Source: Amoebophrya sp. A120 (taxonomy: Eukaryota; Protista; Dinoflagellata). Taken from it: a stretch of 64,000 nt of DNA. Shown here in pieces: positions 27,801 through 39,600 of this stretch. Position 1 is the first letter of the stretch. Each line of letters starts with the position of its first letter. A program made the position numbers and the translations under genes. The notes under the pieces are model-generated. The model was not told the origin of the DNA, searched no databases, and was given only the letters and a program-made list of their open reading frames with translations. Where the stretch lies: positions 9,435,412 to 9,499,411 of the forward strand of contig CAJINV010000002.1 of NCBI GenBank assembly GCA_905178155.1, written 5' to 3'.

Positions 27801-28140
27801 GGCGTGGTTGCGTGGCAGTCGTGATTTGCTTCATCTCAGGCCACACTTCTTTCATGCTTACGAGCTTTGCAAGCGCCACCTCCATCCACACATTGACGAT
27901 GGTCGCCGCTTTGAGGGTCGCCCTGGTACCCTCGGATTCATACACCTGCTGCAACTTTCGCAGATCCTCTATCTCCTGGGTTTCTTTCGCAGACGAGCTT
28001 TCTCTCTTTGGAGGTCTCAAACTCTCTAGCTTGTCTTTGGCCTTGTCGAGCTTAAAGCGTGCCTCCTGGGACATGCGTTCCGCTCCAAGTGTCAGGAGTT
28101 TCAAGTTTTCGGCACGTAGCTGCTCCATCTCCCGTCGCGC
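24885..28140 (-). CDS. Hypothetical coiled-coil protein with PAN/apple-like Cys motif (exons about 28140-27745, 27060-25850, 25470-24885; linkage inferred)
   Basis: GRCLKDCVQDNNCVAV...ECLL motif inside a 405-aa ORF, with neighbouring helical ORFs on the same strand. Confidence 0.45.
27272..27361. repeat. About 38-bp tandem duplication
   Basis: ATGGATATTTTTGTCTTGCACTTG...AATACATTTTCACA occurs twice. Confidence 0.75.
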
Positions 28141-29220
28141 CCGCTATCCTATGAAAAACACTCCCAAAGGCAAGATGAGAACAATAAGACCGGTAAATAA
28201 AATGAACACTTTCTTCCAAATAGATGAAAGCTAGAAAAACCTCCAAGTTGCGAATTCGTTGCATGTTTTTGGGTTTCCATCCAGACGCTGGCGCAACCTT
28301 AACCGTACAAATAACTCGTCGACGAATTATACCTACACTGGGCTAAAGTAAGAAACCATAGACTGGCTCAGCCTTCCGCACCTCTTCCCAGGAAGGACTC
28401 TGCTCTTTTTGCACAGGTCGCGCGCTACTGAATTGTGCTATCGCAACAGATTAGGTCTTATCGTCTTGTTGATGCCGGGTCTTTTCAAATGTGATATCTC
28501 CTGGACATCCTGTTTCGGCTGTGGCTGCGCGATACCAAGACGAAACTCGTCCCCGGCGCCGGCCCAAACAAAACAATGCGAGGGTGATGCACGTTCTGAA
28601 AACCTTGTACACGTTTCAATTTTCGGCAGGTTTGTACGCAAGACAGAGAGTCGCTTCTGCCTGACTCAGAAAAAGGACAAACCCGGGCCTTTGCGCGCGG
28701 TGCAGCCGGCTTTATGTTCATTTCGTCGCTTCTGCAAATGAAAGTCTTGCTGTTCTACATACTTCTAACGGATTCGCACATAAGCAATACTGGCGTGCTC
28801 ATTGCCCGAACGCAGCGACTTCGGACTTGGCGTACACGTAGGCAGTAGCCGTAGCCGCCCAATTCTTTGTCCTTCCTTACACCTATCTTTCTAGTCGCGT
28901 GCTGGCATCATACCAATTGGAGCTTGGAACTAACCTAGAATTTCAACGCTTGGACCACAAACCCTAGGCCTAAACGCTGTAACGTCTCTCGAATCGCAGC
29001 CGCGATGCCCTGCCGTCTGAGCAGTTACATGGCGGTTGAGACAGACTGCTCTATCCGACGAGGGCGACGCGACGCCCAGCAAATAAAATGGGATTCCTAA
29101 AAAAACTTGCGACAAACAGGACTCTGAGAAAAGATTGTAGAACGAAACGTTCTATACCGATGCATGTTAAGTGGCAAACGAGTGGTATGCAGAAACAGTG
29201 TGGCCCCATGATGATCGAAC

Positions 29221-30258
29221 TCAAATCCAGCGGCAGAGTGGCTCGCACCTCGCATTATTTCCGTCGAGTCTGGACCGGAGACAGAGTTCATTTTGGTACA
29301 TCAAATCTCTCGGGTCATCGTACTGGCTATAGCCCAGCATACCCTTGTCCGAGGCCACCCCCCTGGCGAGTACCCCCATAATATCGGCGTTCCGTTCGTC
29401 ACTATTCCACTCGATGTTGCCTCTCAATTGATTCCATGTCGTGCGGATAGCCTCGTCCGCTTGTCGTCTGAGTTTGGTGTGTGCGCGCTGAATTTTTTTT
29501 CCTGCCACGACAGCAAGCGCCGCCCCACCGATCGCCGCGGCTGCATGTGGGTTTGCCGCAACAAATCCCGCAGCGCTACCGAAGACAAACTTGGAAAAAC
29601 CGCCAATCGCAGTAGCTGCTGGCCCGAGGTGAGAAAGTCCCGTCGCGTGCGCAAAACCTTTCATCTGGTACAGCGCCATCTTCTTCATAGTGCCAGAGAT
29701 CATGTAGTGCCCGCCATGGGCTTGCTGAGTGACGGGATCGTGATAAACAGGTCCGAGTGATCTGAAACCTGCTTGGAAGATACTTCCGACTGTGTGTGCG
29801 GTGAATCCACCCGTGTTTTGTGCTACTGTTGGCACCGGAGCACACGCTCGTTGTCCCAGCTCCACAAAGGACGCGGTGGGCACCGGCGCCAATGCGCCGG
29901 AATGCGCCGAGGCTGACCCTCCTTCGCCAAGCTCTGGTGCAAAAATCCCGCCTGCACGGCTCTCGCCCACGGAGCCCCCCCCCGATAAGACCATGCCGCT
30001 GCCGGCCTCCGCTGCTCCCGCTTCATTTGTCCCAGTAGTACCGAGAAGGGCGCGGTGATTCTCGGCGGCGCCGCTGGATGAACTTTCTGCACAGCCATCC
30101 TCCCGCGTTTCCGATTCCGACACTAACAAAAAGGAAGCAGCCTTAAATTCCACCGGTTTGTCCTTCGCGGAAGAAAACGCCTCAACAACGATCTCGTACG
30201 TCTTGCCCATCGCCGTCTGAAACTGCCATTCCACAGCCATTTCAAAACCACGCACCAC
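29221..30258 (-). CDS. Hypothetical protein or exon with Gly/Ala-rich hydrophobic helices
   Basis: 345-aa ORF containing GPAATAIGGFSKFVFGSAAGFVAANPHAAAAIGGAALAVVAGKK. Confidence 0.55.
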   Translation of the reverse strand: MVRGFEMAVEWQFQTAMGKTYEIVVEAFSSAKDKPVEFKAASFLLVSESETREDGCAESSSSGAAENHRALLGTTGTNEAGAAEAGSGMVLSGGGSVGESRAGGIFAPELGEGGSASAHSGALAPVPTASFVELGQRACAPVPTVAQNTGGFTAHTVGSIFQAGFRSLGPVYHDPVTQQAHGGHYMISGTMKKMALYQMKGFAHATGLSHLGPAATAIGGFSKFVFGSAAGFVAANPHAAAAIGGAALAVVAGKKIQRAHTKLRRQADEAIRTTWNQLRGNIEWNSDERNADIMGVLARGVASDKGMLGYSQYDDPRDLMYQNELCLRSRLDGNNARCEPLCRWI

Positions 30259-30653
30259 ATTGCATCAAAATAAAAAATACCCCTACACCAAACACCGACC
30301 TTAATTTGGCGAGGCATATATAATTTCCTTTGATATTTAGTCTGGCCCTGCCACGCTATTCATCAATGTCCGTTTCAGAGCCGATAAAGACGAGTCCAGC
30401 GTGATACCTGTGTACTTCTGCTGTACTGTGGCTTTACAATTCTTTGCTTGGTAATGGTACATCTGGTCGACCCACCCACCGATTGCGCGAGTAGCGGTGT
30501 ACTGCCGGCTTCTGCCTACTTAATTGATCACGGGAGCGGTAAGGCAGGGGGCCACCAGAGCGGTCTAGTCAACCAGAACAGTGAAATACAAACAGGGGCC
30601 GCTTGCTCCGCCCGCTAGCTAAATCCGCGGCCCGCGCAAGCAGTGCAAGGATG

Positions 30654-32105
30654 TCAGCCGACAGCTTTTCCGTTTGTGCACGTCGACGTCCACGCTGTGA
30701 TCGCAAAAAAAAAATACATACTTGTGATGTTCCGAATCGAATGAGCTGGGTAAGGGGCTATTTTTTCGTTTTGTAGGTCGTTGATGTATTCAAGTGTTCG
30801 CAGGACAAGACCCGCGTCTGGAATGAAGAATACGTCCGCGCTGTCTCCTGCATCTGCTTGCTGAATCAAAGAATCCACGAACCACGTCTCTAGTTCGAGA
30901 AGCAACATGGTACGCTTGAGCACCGCAAGACGGCGCGCTTGCCGGTCCGCCTCCCCTTTTTGCTCGACCAACACTTCCCAGGACGTGTGTATCTCCTCGT
31001 CGACTTCCTTTTGCTCCGCCTCCGTTTGCCTGCCCTTCTTGAAGAGATACTCAAACCCCGTCGCGCCTTTTCCTTCTCCCCAGAAATCGGCCCTGGTAAG
31101 CTTCCGCATGTCCGGAAGCGTGGTCGAGCTCGAGCGCGACAACTTCGGTCTTTTTGATTGGTTTGTTCCTTCTTGTTTTGTTCTAGAACCCGACAGACAA
31201 GAAAATGTCTGTTTGTCTTTTTTGCTAGGCCCGATGGCTGCGTCGCGCATACTGACTGTTGAACCGTCGCCTGACGGAGAACCCTTGACGACCGTGATTT
31301 TCGCAACTTTACAGCTTTTTTTCAGCACGCACGCTTCAAGGCAGCGACCTTCCAAAACATCGTACGACTCGTCCTTGCCAATAGCTTCCCCTTCTTTTGG
31401 TTTTGCCCACATCAAAGAGAAGTTGACAGCACTTTCAAGTTCTCGCTTTTCTCTTTCGTCCACGACGGGCTCCATCACGGCTCGCTTTTTCCCGATCGAG
31501 GGATAGCGGACCATCTCTAGAAGAATGGCATTCACGTCCTGAGCAGTCAACTCGATCATCACGCGAACGTTTTCGATCTCGGCTTCTTTCATTTGCTTCA
31601 ACTCTTGCAAAGAAGGCTTAAGCTCAATGTTGTCGAATGCTGGCGCATCCGAATCCATTTCAAACCGCTGCAGGTGTTTCCGCGCTTTTTCCCGGACTGC
31701 CTTGACTTCTGATTTTGCCTCTTTGTTGAGCATCTCCCACAGACGAATTTTCTCTTCGACCTGCTCAGCCTGCCGCCACAATATCACCCAGTGCCGATTC
31801 AGCGTACGAAACTTAGCTACGAGCTCCTGTCTCTCTGCGTCTGCAAATTGATATGATCCACTCCAGTCAAGGTCAAAAAAAGCTTCGGCGTGGGCCAAGA
31901 AAAAAGCCGGATTGAACCCGTTGGTGCCGCCCTCCGCAAGCACTTCCGTCATCCACGCGAAATTTTCATCACGCCCCGTTTGAGGGTTCGCATCTCTGAG
32001 CGCTGGCGCCAAGGGGGCGGGCGCCCTTTTCTGCGCGGCGATCCCGGGCGTCGGCGTTCCCTGCACAAGTCGGCTGTACCAATCGGCATCTGTGGTAAGT
32101 AACAT
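30654..32105 (-). CDS. Hypothetical coiled-coil protein with PAN/apple-like Cys motif; probable paralog of 25845-27062
   Basis: 483-aa ORF with GRCLEACVLKKSCKVA...FSCL flanked by charged helices. Confidence 0.55.
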   Translation of the reverse strand: MLLTTDADWYSRLVQGTPTPGIAAQKRAPAPLAPALRDANPQTGRDENFAWMTEVLAEGGTNGFNPAFFLAHAEAFFDLDWSGSYQFADAERQELVAKFRTLNRHWVILWRQAEQVEEKIRLWEMLNKEAKSEVKAVREKARKHLQRFEMDSDAPAFDNIELKPSLQELKQMKEAEIENVRVMIELTAQDVNAILLEMVRYPSIGKKRAVMEPVVDEREKRELESAVNFSLMWAKPKEGEAIGKDESYDVLEGRCLEACVLKKSCKVAKITVVKGSPSGDGSTVSMRDAAIGPSKKDKQTFSCLSGSRTKQEGTNQSKRPKLSRSSSTTLPDMRKLTRADFWGEGKGATGFEYLFKKGRQTEAEQKEVDEEIHTSWEVLVEQKGEADRQARRLAVLKRTMLLLELETWFVDSLIQQADAGDSADVFFIPDAGLVLRTLEYINDLQNEKIAPYPAHSIRNITSMYFFFAITAWTSTCTNGKAVG

Positions 32106-32919
32106 AGAAAAAAAAGTTCACCATGTAAAATCGAGGCTTGCATCAAACGAGTGGTCCGACAAATCACCAGGTCGAACGCTCGTCCTTCCTGTTCTATGCG
32201 TGATTATCAAACGGAGGCTATCGCCACGCGAATGACAAAGGTCAGACAACAGCGCAAGAAGCCACCAGCAAACGAGATGGCGATACGCAAGAGCACAGCG
32301 AGTGAATGTGAAACTGAAAGCCGCACGGAGTAATCATTCAATATTAAGCGGAAGAGTGACTCAGGGTCAGATTCCGGCTCTGTATCATTGTTTCTTCTCC
32401 ACGCAATATGTAGATTTTTTGATCTTTTCATCATCTCAGTTGCGAAAAAGCTGAACCCATGTTCCGGTTCTAAAAATGCAGGTACCTTGGTTAGGACCAT
32501 CGGCAAGCCAGTCTTGTGGCTGCGCTGCTGCCGTGCCGGTGCCTGGGTCGACGATCCATAAGAAAAAGACTACAGCTCTGCAGTATCATCTACTTGAGAT
32601 CGTGTTGATGCGGCTCCAAACTAAATTTGACATCAGTCTCAACAACGCACAGAGCTGCTACTTTGTTTTTCGCGAACTTCTGCTGTGACAAGTAGACACT
32701 GGTGGTGGAAAGCGCTCGACAAGTCGGTGCCACGACTCCTTGCTATGTTCTCCTGCAAACACTTTCGAGAAATTTGTGCCAGAAAAGATCCTATCTCATA
32801 TCTTCTGTCGAGTCCTCGGGCTCCCGGTGTTGTTGAGTGTGGTCACTACATCCACATCGGCAACCAGTACCTACATCGCAGCACCATTCGTTACCACCGC
32901 CTGGCTACTCAAACTGTAA

Positions 32920-33465
32920 CTACATAGGGCTAGTAGGCGGGCTAGGGGTACCTATGTATAGCTGTGTGATATTTGCTAGTTCAAGTAGAAGGTGAGACGA
33001 TAAAAAGCAATGCGAGCTGCAGGCGATTTCTTCCATATAATTGTTCCGCTCGAGAGGAGGCGAATGAGGTGTCGAGTATGGCTGCGGAGCCCCGCGAGAA
33101 GCAGACGGACCCCCAGGCACCACGCCCCCCGCGTTCCGTGACTGCGGATCTGATGTCCTCCCAACCCGCGCACGGTCTCGTAGAGGAGGTGGTGTGCGAG
33201 AGCGACCAGGGTCGCCGATGGATACCACCGTGCTTTCCTCGCTGTCCGAGCCAGAAAAGGAGTTTCCCCTCCTTGTTGGTGGAACTGAACGTTGTGAAGA
33301 ACGAGGAAATCTGCCACTATTTGTATGGTAAGAACTAGATGATGCTGACTTCTCCATAAACGTCTGCTCGCGGCCTTCTTGTTCGCGCGTTTCGAACCGG
33401 TTCGGCTGGTCCACCTCTCCACCGAGCGCAGAAAGCCAGTCGCTGTCGTCTTCGAAGTCGAACAT
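32920..33465 (-). CDS. Hypothetical protein, probable first exon (Ser/Arg-rich)
   Basis: ORF beginning MFDFEDDSDWLSALGGEV; no family recognised. Confidence 0.35.
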   Translation of the reverse strand: MFDFEDDSDWLSALGGEVDQPNRFETREQEGREQTFMEKSASSSSYHTNSGRFPRSSQRSVPPTRRGNSFSGSDSEESTVVSIGDPGRSRTPPPLRDRARVGRTSDPQSRNAGGVVPGGPSASRGAPQPYSTPHSPPLERNNYMEEIACSSHCFLSSHLLLELANITQLYIGTPSPPTSPM

Positions 33466-35110
33466 GGAACTTGTCACACAGAAAAAAGCTAGCATTTTAT
33501 TTTGCAATGCAAAAAGAACTGCACAGAAAAATCAGCCATATCGGGTGGGGGAAAACTCCTCATGCCATGGCCATGCTGATGTTTAGGGTTATACACGAGG
33601 GCGAAAGGTGCTCTGCGTAATCGCAATCGGCTTCTGCACTTCAAATTAATATGCTATGCTAGCCTTTTTCTTTGGCGTACAGCTGCTCTCATAGTCCGAG
33701 TGATCATGATAGCGAAATATCAAGAAGAAATAACCTCCCACCGCGTTCATAGTTCTCTAATCATCACACTAAGTACCTACTTTGCTGATTGACACTGAAA
33801 ATACCATACCATTACCGACACCCAAAGGGCCAACGGTACATAACGCGAAGTCGCTGCCAAGAACGCCCACGGATACGAACGCACAGATTGTTTTCAAGAT
33901 CACATGCAACTGCACACACCCCGTTCGCCTCGACTCGCGCTCCCTTCAGGGACCAAGGAGACACGCCCGGCTGGAGGTTATCTTCCGCCTGATAAGCATC
34001 CCGCCCGTGTCGTGTTCGCGCCGTGCTTTGTGACGGCGCGCCTGCGCCTCATGTTCCCAATAATACCCGAAAATACCGGATGGAGACACGGCGAGAATCG
34101 CGACGAGGATCCAGGATGGAGGCCTGATTTTTTTCAAGGAATGTTCTCGCCGAGTTCCCGTCGAAGCTCCTGCGGCGGTGGAGTCATCCCTAGTCTGCTT
34201 CTGCAGCAGCTCACATTTGTTCGGTTGCGACGCACATTTCCTGCCGGTAGTAGGCTCCCTCAGGCCAGCGCCGGCTTCACGCTCCACCGGGTAAGCGAAT
34301 CTGAGACAGAGAATGTATTTCCCTCCTGGCGTTTTTAGAAGCCTGGATGTCAAATAAAGTTAAAGTAGATGAACCACCACAATGAATAGCTGTCAGCAAC
34401 AACGCTCTTGTCTCGTTTGACGCACACGCACATCAACATTTTTATACCGCTCGGCTGGCAACGGCACGAATGTTTCCCTCGTTTTCCGCTTCTGCTGCAG
34501 CTCGGATTTGTTCGGTTGCGACGCACATGATTTCCAGCCGGCATCATGCCTCCTCACGCTGACGCCGCGCTCCGGGCAAGCAGATCTGAGAAAGGGAGTT
34601 GGACGTATGAATGTTGTCGAAAGTTAAAATACAAGCACCAGAATGAATTGAGCAAGAATGCTCTAGTCTCTTTTGACAAAAATCAAGATTTTTGTACCGC
34701 TCGGCTGGCATCGGCATGAATGCTTCCCTCCTATTTCTGCTGTTTCTTGTTGAGACTGCGACGGTCAACGACGAACTAACTTCGATGTTTTTCCAAGGAA
34801 AAAAAACCATCACTACCAGTTTCTTTGCATTTATTTCCGCTCAGGAGAAGTAGCAGGCGGATCCTTTACGCCTGCCAACTTCTCATCCACCCGGCCGGGT
34901 GGATGAGAAGTTGACCTGTAACTACTCCTCGGAGGTTATTTTTTACCTCACTCTAAGAAATGTCTCGCGAGCACGAGCGCAGATAATGCAGAGTCCACCT
35001 CTGCAAAAGACTGATAGAAGTGGTCGTTTTTTTTTGTGCGTAATTAGGCTGCTTACTCCGGACTCAGCTTCTTCGTCCGATCTTCTTCATGATCACAATT
35101 TTTGAGTTTT

Positions 35111-35140
35111 GAAATTGAAATTGAAATTGAAATTGAAATT
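35111..35140. repeat. (GAAATT)5 microsatellite
   Basis: Five perfect copies read directly. Confidence 0.95.
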
Positions 35141-36645
35141 AATTTGTATTTTTTGAAATGGGGTTGCGGTTGGAAATTCAATTTGAAATTAGAATCCGAA
35201 ATAAATGTAGTTTCGAAAAGACAAGCGACACTGAATTAGGGAATTCAAAAGTTAACAAGAAAAAAGCCGGACGCATGGGGGACATGGACACGACTCCTCT
35301 TGTAACCACGACGCTGGAATGTTAAATAGCAAAAGCAATAGAATGGTGACGGAAGGCACAAACTTAATTACTTGTTAATTATACTGGGATTTACTCGATT
35401 CCCGTAATTGTGATGTATAGTCTTTCTCTAAACGCGATTAACGGACGCTCCAGAAAGAAGCGGCTGACGCTGCTCGTTCGGACGAAAGTGCTGCATTGTT
35501 GCACGGCGAACGACATTCACGAACGATGAAACCGAGTACGCGCACGCAGCTTTACACCGACTCTGCAATCACTTAAACATCTTTCTACAACTTCATGAAC
35601 GAACTATCCGACACTTCTTCTGTTCATGTTTAAAGAACGAAAAGCACGTCTTTATGGACAAAAACCGAGCCATCAGGCCTTGTTTCAAGCTCGGAGACGA
35701 AATACCATGGACTGCCAATCGCAGCGTACGGTGTCGGTGCGAGGAGGTTCAAAAAGCACAGGTAGTTTAATACGATGTCTTCCAAGATGCGGGAAGAACT
35801 ACGTGACCGACAAAAAAGGAGACTGAAACTCAAAGCAGCACAGATTGAAGGCACGAAATGCAAAAGCACAACCGACACAAAAATTCAAAACAATTGCAAA
35901 AGCCTCGCCACGCACTGTAACGAAGACAAATTTATTTTCGATGAGGCACGGACAATCATCTTTAGTTCTGAGTCAGCATCGCAATCTCAAAGACCGAAAG
36001 TGTCTTCTCAGTGGACAGATGAACACGATCTACGGGTTGCTTCTCAAGCAGATCCAAGTCCCCGCTTATAAAAATGATAGCGAGACTCATTTTCCTCCTG
36101 AGAAACATGCGGGCGGCGTTTACTTGTTCCTTGTGCTCGTGCATCAAAACAATCCAAAACAAAGAAGTAGGTCGTGGCGTAAATGTCCAGCGACAAGCTC
36201 CACGCGTTCGATTCTGTTTTAGGGAAGAACCTCCATGGTGCTGTCGCAATGGCTTTTCTTGCCACACCTCCTCCGGTCAGACCACGAGATCGGTTATATA
36301 TTGCACCTCCTTCTTGGATGATTGTTTCACAACTCCTGTGTAGCATAGAGGCAAAGAACTGAAGACCGAGCACTACTAGGGATAGCGTTTGAATCCTGAG
36401 ACGTTTTCCAAATGAAAATCTCGCAAAAGAAGCACTTCACAAATAAACAGCGCATTCTTCATTTGTTCGAGTCTTTCGCGGTAATTCTTGTCGTGAGAAG
36501 CTCGTCTGCTGACCGTGGTCATCGAGTCAAAGAGCAGCAGCGTATAGCGAATTCCGGGCACCGCCAGCAATGGATGAGCGACACCGGCTCCGACACGGCA
36601 CTGCGTCCATCATATCGGCCTCCTCTCGCCCGGTCGCGCACCGTC

Positions 36646-39600
36646 TTACGCTGATGCTGTAGGCACGGCTTTCCGAAACAGCAGGTGCAGCTATCACGCG
36701 CGAACACTGTTCACGTCGTTGTACTTTTCATCATGCCACTTCTGCGATAAGCTTTGAAACGACTTGAAGCGAAAACGTACTTGCTTGCAAATCTTTCCGG
36801 AGTTCTCATGCGACATGCAACCAGAACCAAGAAAATTTGTTTCCTCAGCGGCACTTTTCAAACCAGAGAACAAGAGAAACGGACATGAAGGACCTGGATC
36901 ATGACGAGACTCGCGTGTGATAACTGGTGCTCTGCTTGTCGCGCAAGGAGTTCCAGTCCGTCCACTGTTGTTTTTTCGCGCCTTTCGGAACCGTACGCGA
37001 AGTCGATCAGCTCGTTGTACCAGCAGCCACTTGATGCGCCCGATGACGGCGCGGGACCAACAATCTCGATTTCCGGCGGCACGCAACTGATTGCAACGTC
37101 GAAGACAGCTTTCTCGCTGCTGGCGACACCGCCGGTCATCAGGTCCTGCAACAGGTAGCAGGAGGTCGGTGCTGCCACTGCTTTCCCCTTTCCCGCCTCC
37201 GTGCTCGCACGAGAAACGCCCACATCGGGCGGTGACCCTCCAGCTGCAGACGTGGTTGGTAGACGGAATTCCTCCGCGAGTTTTTCCGCTTTCGCCAGGT
37301 CCCGCGGTGCCACGACGGAAAAGGGGAGGTGCAGATGCTGCAGCGCGTAGCACGCTGCCCGCGCGGTGCCACCAGTGCCGATTACCGCGACGCTGAAGGA
37401 TGCTCCTGGTCCGCTGCTCGTATTGTGAGGAAAAATCCCCCCTCCCCATATCAAAACGAAGTTTCTGATGCTGGATTTCCGTACACAAATCAGAGCTGTC
37501 TTGCAGTAGAGGACTGGAGGCATATGCCGTCCCTGAGTGCAGAGCTTCTGACGTGGACACTTAGCATCAAAAATGTCTAAGCTGTGGCCCAAGCGGCATC
37601 ACAAACCGCTCGCATAGTGCGGCGAAGACTGTAGAGTTGCCTTCTTGCAAGACAAATCTGATTTGTGACCTCAAATCAGCAACACAAATTTTCGGAGACA
37701 TACCTTTTCAATATGGGGAGGGGGGATTTTTCTTTTCAATAGCTGCTCGCAGATCTTCGCACTACCTTCTCCGCCAGTACGTCGCGCAGAGCGAGCCAGT
37801 CCGTGTTGTCTCCGGCCCATCGGTATCAAATGTAAAAATGTCTGGGTCTGGGAACTTGTGATGCTAGGTAGCCTCTCATGATGAGGCTACAAATGCTGGC
37901 TCAGCATGACAAGTTTCTGAGCTCCTAGGTGTTGCCTATTCTGCATGACAAACTGCGCTTCTGCATCACAGAAAAACGCAGATCGTGGGTAACGTGCACG
38001 ACAGATTCTCGAGTCATGCCAGACAAGCATGACAAACTTGCATTCTTCCAGACCCAGACATTTTTACATTTGATAACCGGTTATTTTGAGCACGCGTCAG
38101 TGGGCTGGTGCACGAGAGCGGTGCAGTAACAGTGAGCTCGCTGGTCGCTGCTGGCATGCTGGAGGTGGTAGCATAATTGCTGTTCTCCTTAGAAGAAGTC
38201 GGACCATTTTTGCTTTGCGAAGTACCGCCAGATAGCAGGCGGTACACAGTGTTCACGGCCCCGATCTTTTGCGCCTCCGGGGACACTGAGTCCAGGTAGG
38301 GAAACAGCTTTTCCTTCAACGGCATGGTGACTGACAGGCCCGTAGTTGCCTTGTTGTCCAGTAGCTCCCGCTTGACTGTTTCCGCGCTCGAAGTTGGGAA
38401 CAGCGCGTAGTGGTAGTTATTCGCTGCGGACATTTTTGTTGAAGCATGCCCTTGAAGGCCGCCTCCTGCGGAAAGCTGAGATGAAGACAGGGGAACTACG
38501 GCGGAACTTTCCGCCGCGGTAAAGCCACTCTTCTGCTTTTCTGCATCCGCGGTGGTTTGTATTAATATTTCCTCTGCTGTGATTCTGTCAAACCAATAGT
38601 TGTGCCACAGAGGGCTCTTGGACTTGTAGATCGGGTTTCCCACGAGATAGAAGTGGTTGACTAGGGAACTACCTCCCGGTCGTGTGGTACCGAAAAACAG
38701 CTGGCGCCCGGCCTCCAGCTCCGTCAGGGAGAGCTGACCCGGGAACACCGGTTTCGTCAAACACACCGGGGTCAGGAACTTGTTCCACACGCGCGAGGCT
38801 GCATCGTCGCGGTAGATGAGGATGACCGGCACGCCGTCCTCGCCCAGTTCCTTGGCGACAAACTCCTCCAGTAACGGCCGGTTCTTCGCGACGGACACGA
38901 TTTTGTAGGCCAAAATCCGGGCGCACCCGAACTCCGCGCGCTTTTTCAGCAGCGCCGTCTTGATCAGGGGGTAGTCGTCCGAGTGCGCGGACAGGACCAC
39001 CTTCTGCCCCGCGGGGCTTCCCGCGGGCGTGGGGAGGAAGTCGCTCGGCAGCAGACCAGCGTCCGTCACCACCTCCACGTCGAAGACCGCCGTGCCCTGC
39101 CGCGCCGCCGCGCGGTAGATCCGCGCCTTCTCCCGTGCCGTGGACGCGCTGGTGTTCGCAAACTTGCCCCCCTCGCCCGTGGACCGCAACGTGAAGATGA
39201 GCTGAAACATATCCTGAGCAAAAACGTACCCACACCAGAGTTGTAATGCAGATCTGCAATGACAGGAAGACTTGTAATGCGCATCCCCATGAGAGCCATT
39301 TCCAGTCGTGTTTTGGAATTTGTAATGCTGTGAACAGGATGAGCAGATGAATCTGTGACGCGGCTGCACTTGCTAACCTGCACTACACTGCAGAGTGCAA
39401 CTTGTCATGCGTGACTCACAAAACTCCTAGGTTTGTGTTGCAAAATCCCCATCCTGACTCTGGTGTGGGTACGTTTTTACTCAGGATAAAATACCTGCTG
39501 CCGAAAGCACTCCGCGAGAATCTGTTCGAACAGCACCGGCGAGGACGCAACGTCCTCCTCGGCCACAGCAGTTCCCGCTCCGTTTCTTGCTGTCGATGCT

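Noticed and set aside
37413-37749. 8-bp target duplication implying a hAT-superfamily origin for family B
   Set aside because: The two other family B copies have clear 5-bp DRs, so the superfamily cannot be assigned from this one site.
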